A DNA stretch of 64,000 nt from an uncultured Chromatiales bacterium (GTDB taxonomy: Bacteria > Pseudomonadota > Gammaproteobacteria > CBFCYW01): contig CBFCYW010000003.1 in the NCBI GenBank assembly GCA_965602395.1, forward strand, positions 19,501 through 83,500. The letters are read 5' to 3'. Both the position numbers and the translations under genes were made by a program. Shown in pieces: positions 57,467 through 64,000 of this stretch. The notes under the pieces are model-generated. The model saw nothing but the letters and a program-made list of their open reading frames with translations, made no database searches and was not told where the DNA came from. Positions within the stretch are counted from its first letter, which is position 1. Each line of letters starts with the position of its first letter.

Positions 57467-59080
57467 GTGTTCGATCTGATCCTCAAAGGCGGTGAAATCC
57501 ACGACGGCAGCGGCGCCGCCGGCCTCGTCGGCGATGTGGCGATCAGCGACGGCTTGATCCGCGCGATCGGCCCGGATATCGCCACCGCCAGCGGCGCCGA
57601 CAGCGGCGCAGAAGTGCTCGATGTCTCCGGGCTGACGGTATCGCCCGGCTTCGTCGATATGCACACCCACTCGGATTTCACCCTGATCGCCGACGGCCGC
57701 GCCGAGAGCCAGGTGCACCAGGGGGTGACCACCGAAGTCATCGGCCAGTGCGGCATCAGCTGCGCGCCGGTGTGCTCGCACGAGGCCATCCGCCAGGTCG
57801 CCCCCTGGCACATCGACGGCGTAAAGCACGCCCGCTGGCGGGGCTTCGGCGAATACCTCGACGCGCTGCAGGCGAGCGATCTCGGCGTCAACGTGATGGC
57901 CTTCGTCGGCCACGGCAGCATCCACCGCGCGGTGCTCGGCGACGCGCTGCGCGCCGGCGATCAGCGCGAAGTCGCCGAGATGGCGCGGCTGGTTGAGCAA
58001 TGTATGGAAGAGGGCGCCGGCGGCTTTTCATCCGGGCTGGAGTACTTTCCCGGCAGCCTCGCCGCGCCCGAGCATCTGCTGCCCATGTGCGCCGTGGCGG
58101 CCAGCCGCGGCCGGCTGTACGCCACCCACGTGCGCAACCGCGATAGCCACTACGACCTCGGCTTCGCCGAAGCCATCGCCACCGCCCGCCAGTCCGGCGC
58201 GCGGCTGCAGATCAGCCACATCCAGCCCAAATTCGGCGCGCCGGATTACGCCATGCAGCACAGCCTGGAGATGATCGAGCTGGCCCGCCGCTACGATGTC
58301 GATATCGCCTTCGACGTGATCCCCCACGACTGGAACCACACCCTGATGGCGGCGATCCTGCCCAAATGGGCGCAGGCCGGCGGGCTGGATGACATCCGCC
58401 AGCGGCTGGCCGACCCGCAGGCGCGCGAGCGCATCAAAGCCAACCCGCAGCCCATGTGGCTGATCGTCAAAGCGCGCCGCTGGCAGGACATCGTGCTGCT
58501 CAATGCCAGCGAAAACAAAGATATCGTCGGCCTGGATTTTGCCGAGATCGGCCGCCTGCGCGGCGTCGATCCCTACGACGCGGTGCTGGATATCCTGCTT
58601 GAGGAAGGCGACAGCCTGATGAGCTGCATGTGGTCATCGCGCAGCTTCCGCGACAGCGACGTGGAGCTGTGTCTGCGGCAGCCGGAGTGCGCGGTAATCT
58701 CGGACACCGTGGCCATCGCCAACGAGGGCATCCTCAAGGATCAACTCGGCTCGCTGTCCGGCTACGGCTGGGCGGCGCGCTTTCTGCAGCACTACGTGCG
58801 CGATCGCGGCGTGCTCAGCCTGGCCGAGGCGCTGGCCAAGATCACCGCGATCCCCGCGCGGCGGCTCGGCCTGCGCGGGCGCGGCGAACTCAAGCCCGGC
58901 TACCACGCTGATATCTGCGTCTTTGATCGAGCGCAGATCGCCAGCAACGCCACCGCGCGGCAGCCGCGGCGCTACGCCTCGGGCATCGCCCACGTGCTGG
59001 TCAACGGGCATTTTTCCATGCGCGACGGCCAGCGCACCGCGGCCAATGCGGGGCGGGTGCTGCGCGAATTCGCAGCCTGA
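57467..59080 (+). CDS. N-acyl-D-amino-acid deacylase (D-aminoacylase) family amidohydrolase
   Basis: GTG start with AGGGGG RBS; MFDLILKGGEIHDGSG...GFVDMHTHSD..., 537 aa D-aminoacylase architecture. Confidence 0.8.
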   Translation: MFDLILKGGEIHDGSGAAGLVGDVAISDGLIRAIGPDIATASGADSGAEVLDVSGLTVSPGFVDMHTHSDFTLIADGRAESQVHQGVTTEVIGQCGISCAPVCSHEAIRQVAPWHIDGVKHARWRGFGEYLDALQASDLGVNVMAFVGHGSIHRAVLGDALRAGDQREVAEMARLVEQCMEEGAGGFSSGLEYFPGSLAAPEHLLPMCAVAASRGRLYATHVRNRDSHYDLGFAEAIATARQSGARLQISHIQPKFGAPDYAMQHSLEMIELARRYDVDIAFDVIPHDWNHTLMAAILPKWAQAGGLDDIRQRLADPQARERIKANPQPMWLIVKARRWQDIVLLNASENKDIVGLDFAEIGRLRGVDPYDAVLDILLEEGDSLMSCMWSSRSFRDSDVELCLRQPECAVISDTVAIANEGILKDQLGSLSGYGWAARFLQHYVRDRGVLSLAEALAKITAIPARRLGLRGRGELKPGYHADICVFDRAQIASNATARQPRRYASGIAHVLVNGHFSMRDGQRTAANAGRVLREFAA

Positions 59081-59103
59081 CGCCACCCCTGCGGCCGCCG
59101 CCG

Positions 59104-61584
59104 CTAGCCGCGCATCCGCTGCGCGCGCGGGTCGTACAGGGCGCTGAGGCTGGCTGTTGCCGGAATCCGCTGGCAGGCGACCTCGATCTCCCAGCTGCTG
59201 CCCTCGACGACGGCTGTGCTGATGTCCTCGTCGCCGTAGACGTAGCCCAGCCCCACCGAAGCGCCCAGCGTGTGGCCGTAATCGCCGGAAGTCAGATGGC
59301 CGACGATCTCCCCATCGCGCCAGATCGGCTCGTGGTGGTAGAGCATCGCCTCCGGGTCCTGCAGCAGGAATTGCACGAGACGCTTTTTCATGTGGCCGCG
59401 GGATTCCTTTTGCCGGGCGATGGCCTCGCGGCCGATCCAGTCGCCGCCGGCGTCGAGATTGCAGACGAAGCCCATGCCGGCTTCCAGCGGGGTGTCTTCG
59501 TCGCCGATGTCGTGGCCGTAGTGGACGAATTTTTTTTCCATGCGGCAGCTGTTGAGGGCGTGCAGGCCGGCCAGCTTCAGGCCGTGGGATTCGCCTTTCG
59601 CCATTAGATGGTCGAAGGCGTGGCGCGCCTGATCCACCGGCAGGTACAGCTCCCAGCCCAGCTCGCCCACGTATGAGACGCGCGTTGCGCGGCCCAGCGC
59701 GCAGCCGATTTCGACCTCGCGGTTGTCGCCGAATCGGAAAGCCCCGGCGGACAGATCCACGCCGTGCAGCGCCTCGCCGAGAAAATCGCGGCTGCCCGGC
59801 CCCATCACGCCGAGCATCGCCCAGGCATTGCTGATGTCGGTGACGAAGCAGTGGGCGTCCTCCGGGGTGTGGCGGCGCAGCCAGTCGAGGTCGCGATGGG
59901 TCACCGCGGCGCCGGAGATCACCCAGAATTCGCGCTCGCTGAGGCGGGTGATGGTCAGATCCGCCTCGATGCCGCCGCGCTCATTGAGCCAGTGGGTGTA
60001 GACGATGCGGCCCGGCTCGACATCGACATTCGCCGAGCTGATGCGGTTGAGCACCGCGCAGGCGTCGCGGCCGGCGACCAGATATTTGGAGAAGCTGGAC
60101 TGGTCGTACAGGGCGACGCCTTCGCGGCTGGCGCGGTGCTCGGCGGCGCTGTGTTCGAACCAGTTCTGCCTGCCGAAGCTGTATTCGTATTTCGGCTCCA
60201 CGCCCGGCGGCGCGAACCAGTTGGCGCGCTCCCAGCCGGCCACCTGGCCGAAGCAGGCGCCGCGCGCTTGCAGCCGTTCGTGCAGCGGCGAGTGGCGCAC
60301 GTCGCGGCTGGTTTCGAACTGGCGAAACGGGAAGTGGTTGGCGTACAGCAGGCCGAGCGATTCCTCGGCGCGCTGCTGAACGAATTGCTGCGTGCCCATG
60401 CAGGGGTACATGCGGCGGATGTCGTTGCCCCACAGATCCAGCGGCGCGTGGCCGAGCTGCATCCATTCGGCGCAGGCCTTGCCGAGGCCACCGGACATTT
60501 GAATGCCCACCGAGTTGAGCCCGGCGGCGACGAAGTAGCCGCGCAGCTCCGGCGCTTCGCCGAGGTGGAACTGATCGTCCGGGGTGAAGGATTCCGGGCC
60601 GCAGAAGAAGGTCCGCCAGCCGATATCCCGCAGCATCGGCACGCGCTGCATGGCGTCTTCGAGCACCGGCATCAGCTGCTCTTCCATGTGGCCGGGCAGC
60701 TCATCGAAGCAGAAGTCCGCCGGGATGCCCTGCTGGCCCCAGGCCACGGCCTTCTTTTCGAAGGCGCCGACCAGCAGGCTGCCGGCGTCCTCGCGGTAGT
60801 AGGCGCACTTGTCGTGATCGCGCAGCACCGGCAGATTCGGATCGATGTCGGCGTGCTTTTCGGTCACCGCGTAGTAGTGCTCGCAGGCGTGCAGCGGGAT
60901 GTTGACCCCGGCCAGCTTGCCGAACTCGCGCGCCCACAGGCCGCCGGCATTGACCACGAAATCGCACTGGATCGGGCCGTGCTCGGTCTCGACGCCGGTG
61001 ACTCTGCCGTTGCCCTTTCCATCAACAGATTGGCTCACCCCGGTGACGGTCACGCCCTCGATGCACTGCGCGCCGTGCAGCCGCGCGCCCTTGATGTAGG
61101 CCATGGTCACGTCGGTGGGGCTGGCCTTGCCGTCGTGGGCCACCCAGGTGCCGCCGAGGATGCCGTGCAGATCGATCAGCGGGAACAGCTTTTTCACCTC
61201 TTCCGGCGTCACCGTATCGACGCGGGTGACGCCGAAGGCGTTGTTCATGCTGGCGACGCGTTTCAGCTCCTGCCAGCGGTGCTCGCTGTGGGCGATCGAC
61301 AGGCTGCCCACCTGCCGAAAGCCGGTGCTCTGCCCGGTCTCGCGCTCCAGCTCGCCGAGCAGGCTCATCGAGTATTCGCACAGCCGCGCGTGGCTCTCGT
61401 TGGCGCGCATGGTGCCGATCAGCCCGGCGGCGTGCCAGGTGGTGCCGCAGGTGAACTGCTTGCGCTCCAGCAGCAGCACCTCCTGCCAGCCGAGTTTGGC
61501 CAGGTGATAGGCGATGCTGGCGCCGGTGACGCCGCCGCCGACGACCACCGCGCTGGCGCGGGACGGGATGCTCTTCTCTGCCAC
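59104..61584 (-). CDS. dimethylglycine/sarcosine dehydrogenase-family FAD oxidoreductase (DAO domain + GcvT-like C-terminal domain)
   Basis: 826 aa; VVGGGVTGASIAYHLAKLG FAD fold, covalent-FAD His region (GTTWHAAGL), C-terminal aminomethyltransferase fold. Confidence 0.85.
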   Translation of the reverse strand: MAEKSIPSRASAVVVGGGVTGASIAYHLAKLGWQEVLLLERKQFTCGTTWHAAGLIGTMRANESHARLCEYSMSLLGELERETGQSTGFRQVGSLSIAHSEHRWQELKRVASMNNAFGVTRVDTVTPEEVKKLFPLIDLHGILGGTWVAHDGKASPTDVTMAYIKGARLHGAQCIEGVTVTGVSQSVDGKGNGRVTGVETEHGPIQCDFVVNAGGLWAREFGKLAGVNIPLHACEHYYAVTEKHADIDPNLPVLRDHDKCAYYREDAGSLLVGAFEKKAVAWGQQGIPADFCFDELPGHMEEQLMPVLEDAMQRVPMLRDIGWRTFFCGPESFTPDDQFHLGEAPELRGYFVAAGLNSVGIQMSGGLGKACAEWMQLGHAPLDLWGNDIRRMYPCMGTQQFVQQRAEESLGLLYANHFPFRQFETSRDVRHSPLHERLQARGACFGQVAGWERANWFAPPGVEPKYEYSFGRQNWFEHSAAEHRASREGVALYDQSSFSKYLVAGRDACAVLNRISSANVDVEPGRIVYTHWLNERGGIEADLTITRLSEREFWVISGAAVTHRDLDWLRRHTPEDAHCFVTDISNAWAMLGVMGPGSRDFLGEALHGVDLSAGAFRFGDNREVEIGCALGRATRVSYVGELGWELYLPVDQARHAFDHLMAKGESHGLKLAGLHALNSCRMEKKFVHYGHDIGDEDTPLEAGMGFVCNLDAGGDWIGREAIARQKESRGHMKKRLVQFLLQDPEAMLYHHEPIWRDGEIVGHLTSGDYGHTLGASVGLGYVYGDEDISTAVVEGSSWEIEVACQRIPATASLSALYDPRAQRMRG

Positions 61585-61606
61585 GATCCTTCCTCCGGTA
61601 GATCTG

Positions 61607-62179
61607 TCAGTAGTTCGCGGGAGTCATGATCCAGACGACCTCGCAGGGCGCGCCGCCGGGATTGCGAAAGGCGTGCGGCGTGCCGCGCGGCAGGCGAAAG
61701 CTGTCGCCCTCGGCCAGCCGATGCCACTGGCCGTCGATGCACAGCTCGACCGCGCCGCGGCTGACGAAGCCGGACTGCTCCACATCGCGGGCGACCGGCT
61801 CGCCGCCGTCGGCGCCGGGCTCGGTGCGGGTCAGCACCATCAGCGATTCGCCCTGCAATCCGGGCGAGAGCAGCTCCTCGGTGACGCCGGTGCCGGTATA
61901 GCGCAGCCGCCGGCGATTGGCGGTGCGGACGATGAACTCGCGCTCCTCGGCCGCGGCCGGCTCGCCCTGCTGAAAGAACCAGGCGATCTGCACTTCGAGC
62001 GCCTCGGCGATTCGCGTCAGCGTGGGGATCGAGACCTCGGAGAGGCCGCGCTCGACCTGGCTGACATAGCCCACCGAGCGGCCGATGTGCTCGGCCAGTG
62101 CCGCCAGCGTCATCCGCTTGGCCTTGCGCAGATCACGGATCTGGTGGCCGACGGGCGGCTGCTCACTGGCTTCGGACAT
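61607..62179 (-). CDS. XRE-family HTH + cupin transcriptional regulator
   Basis: HTH (IRDLRKAKRMTLAALAEHIGRSVGYVSQVERG) and C-terminal cupin; start MSEASEQPP. Confidence 0.8.
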   Translation of the reverse strand: MSEASEQPPVGHQIRDLRKAKRMTLAALAEHIGRSVGYVSQVERGLSEVSIPTLTRIAEALEVQIAWFFQQGEPAAAEEREFIVRTANRRRLRYTGTGVTEELLSPGLQGESLMVLTRTEPGADGGEPVARDVEQSGFVSRGAVELCIDGQWHRLAEGDSFRLPRGTPHAFRNPGGAPCEVVWIMTPANY

Positions 62180-62416
62180 GCGTGCTCCCATGAATTTTTC
62201 GCAGATTTGCAAATCATTTGTGAAATATCAATAGCTATTTTTCACGTAGATCCGTGGCCAACCAGACCATCAACAAACCGAGCGCCGCCACCCGAGTTCG
62301 GAGCCACGGGCCGCGAGCGACTGCACGCGCGCTTGCGGCCACCCGCTTGGCCGCGCCGCGCGACGGTTTATGATTCGCGCAAAGCAAACCGTGCAAACGC
62401 ACACCGGAGCCGCCAC

Positions 62417-63925
62417 ATGTCCCTCACCTGCCTCGACCAGCTCATCGCCCGCCACGCCCGCTATCGCGCCGATCAGCCCGCGCTGGTCTGCGGCGAGCTG
62501 CGCCGGAACTACGCCGAATTCCACGCCGGGATCGAGCGCCTCGCCGCGCTGCTGCAAGCGCGCGGCGTCGGCCACGGCGATCGCGTCGCCGCGATGCTGG
62601 GCAACGGCCTGCCGCTGCTGGCGCTGTACTTTGCCTGCGCGCGGCTCGGTGCGGTGATCGTGCCGGCCAGCCCGCTACTGCGCGGGCCGGGGCTGGCGAC
62701 GCTGCTGGCGGATGCCGGCGCCAGTGCGTTGATCCACGATGCCGCGCTGGCAGCGGTTGTCGCCGAGGCGCGCGAAGCCGTCGCGCTGGCGGATCAGCGG
62801 GTGCTGTGCGTTGGCGGCGATTACGCAGCCGCACTCGCCGCCGCGCCCGCCGCACCGAGTGACCGAGCGCCGGTCGCGCCGGAGGACCTGTTCAACATCA
62901 TGTACAGCTCCGGCACCACCGGCGCGCCGAAGGGTATCGAACACAGCCATCGGGTGCGCGCCAACTACGCCATGGGCTTCGCCGCCAGCTGGCGGATGAC
63001 GCCGGAGAGCGTGGTGCTGCATTCGGGGTCGATCGTCTTCAACGGCGCGATGGTGACGCTGCTGCCGTGCTTCTACCTCGGCGCCAAATACGTGCTGTTG
63101 CCGGCCTTCGAGCCGGGCGAAGTCATCGAAGCCATCGCCCGCGAGCGGGTCACGCACACCATGCTGGTGCCGTCGCAGATCGTCGCGCTGATGGAGCACG
63201 CGGATTTTTCGCCGCAAAAACTCGGCTCGCTGCAGATGCTGCTGTCGCTCGGCGCACCGCTGCTGCGCGAGCAGAAACAGCGCCTCGACCGGCTGCTGCC
63301 GGGCCGCTTCCACGAGCTGTACGGGCTGACCGAAGGCTTCGTCACCATCCTCGACCGCGAGGATTTCGCCCGCAAGCCGGACTCGGTCGGCTGCCCGCCG
63401 CCGCTATTCGAGATGAAGATCATCGGCGAAGACGGCAGCGAGCTGCCGCCGGGGGAGATCGGTGAAATCGTCGGCCGCGGGCCGATCCTGTCCTCCGGCT
63501 ACTACGGCCGGCCGGAGCAGACCGCGCAGGCTTTTCGCGACGGCTGGCTGCACTCGGGCGATCTGGGCCGCGTCGATGAGGACGGCTATCTGTATCTGGT
63601 CGACCGGCTCAAAGACATGATCGTCTCCGGCGGCGTCAACGTGTATCCGCGCGACATCGAAGAGATCGCCGCGCAGCACCCGGTGGTGCTGGAAGTCGCC
63701 GTGTTCGGCGTGCCGGATGAGCGCTGGGGGGAGACGCCGGTGGCCGCGGTGGTGCCGCGCGCCGGGCAGGCGCCCGCGGCCGATGAGCTGCGCGAGTGGA
63801 TCAACGCGCGCGTGCAGGCGCGTTACCAGCGGGTGTCCGCGGTGCAGCTGCTCGACGACTTCCCGCGCAATGTGGCGGGGAAGATACTTAAGCGGGAGTT
63901 GGCAAGGAAAATGGCTAGTAGATAA
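62417..63925 (+). CDS. AMP-dependent acyl-CoA synthetase/ligase
   Basis: MYSSGTTGAPKG AMP-binding motif, YGLTEG, GWLHSGDLG...DRLKDMI, 502 aa; GGAG RBS; track start 61514 over-extended. Confidence 0.88.
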   Translation: MSLTCLDQLIARHARYRADQPALVCGELRRNYAEFHAGIERLAALLQARGVGHGDRVAAMLGNGLPLLALYFACARLGAVIVPASPLLRGPGLATLLADAGASALIHDAALAAVVAEAREAVALADQRVLCVGGDYAAALAAAPAAPSDRAPVAPEDLFNIMYSSGTTGAPKGIEHSHRVRANYAMGFAASWRMTPESVVLHSGSIVFNGAMVTLLPCFYLGAKYVLLPAFEPGEVIEAIARERVTHTMLVPSQIVALMEHADFSPQKLGSLQMLLSLGAPLLREQKQRLDRLLPGRFHELYGLTEGFVTILDREDFARKPDSVGCPPPLFEMKIIGEDGSELPPGEIGEIVGRGPILSSGYYGRPEQTAQAFRDGWLHSGDLGRVDEDGYLYLVDRLKDMIVSGGVNVYPRDIEEIAAQHPVVLEVAVFGVPDERWGETPVAAVVPRAGQAPAADELREWINARVQARYQRVSAVQLLDDFPRNVAGKILKRELARKMASR

Positions 63926-64000
63926 GGGTGAATGGTGACATATCGTCTTTACTGCCATTTCAAACCGTTGTCAGCTCACTAGTTGATTGCCATCTCTCCA

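Overview
This is a 64 kb, high-GC (~67-68%) chromosomal window from a Pseudomonas-like gammaproteobacterium. The backbone gene order resembles pseudomonads: the aa3 cytochrome oxidase biogenesis cluster, ftsYEX-rpoH, zinc proteases-rsmD-coaD-fdx-ggt, mreBCD divergent from gatCAB, and bcp divergent from dapA-bamC. Coding density is very high and mostly housekeeping. Most long ORFs in the supplied track are GC-driven antisense shadows of real genes. No rRNA, tRNA, CRISPR array, transposase or integrase was recognised.

Several apparent accessory blocks interrupt the backbone:
- Between ggt and yajQ (17.5-28 kb): an adjacent LYS9-like and LYS1-like saccharopine dehydrogenase pair; a membrane-anchored ankyrin-repeat protein with a PhyH-family 2OG oxygenase and an ETHE1-like dioxygenase; and a tight DUF423-pdxH-ygiD-P-type ATPase operon.
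- Between rsmJ and slyX/mreD (29.5-35.2 kb): a Rieske-fold paralogue that has lost all four [2Fe-2S] ligands, next to the heterotetrameric sarcosine oxidase soxBDAG.
- After dapA-bamC (47.5-50.8 kb): an orphan cytoplasmic 3xSH3b-muramidase plus a GTA-type holin, followed by a low-GC DUF4382 lipoprotein behind a terminator-containing leader. There is no phage context. This is my best candidate for an undescribed holin/muramidase-dependent secretion or lysis system.
- The 3' part (50.8-64 kb): a catabolic cluster with an amidohydrolase translationally coupled to a COG0523 GTPase, a six-copy 14-bp tandem repeat in its promoter region, LysR-TRAP-D-aminoacylase, a DMGDH-like oxidoreductase, an XRE-cupin regulator and an acyl-CoA ligase.

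Hand-derived start coordinates are accurate to about +/-3 nt.
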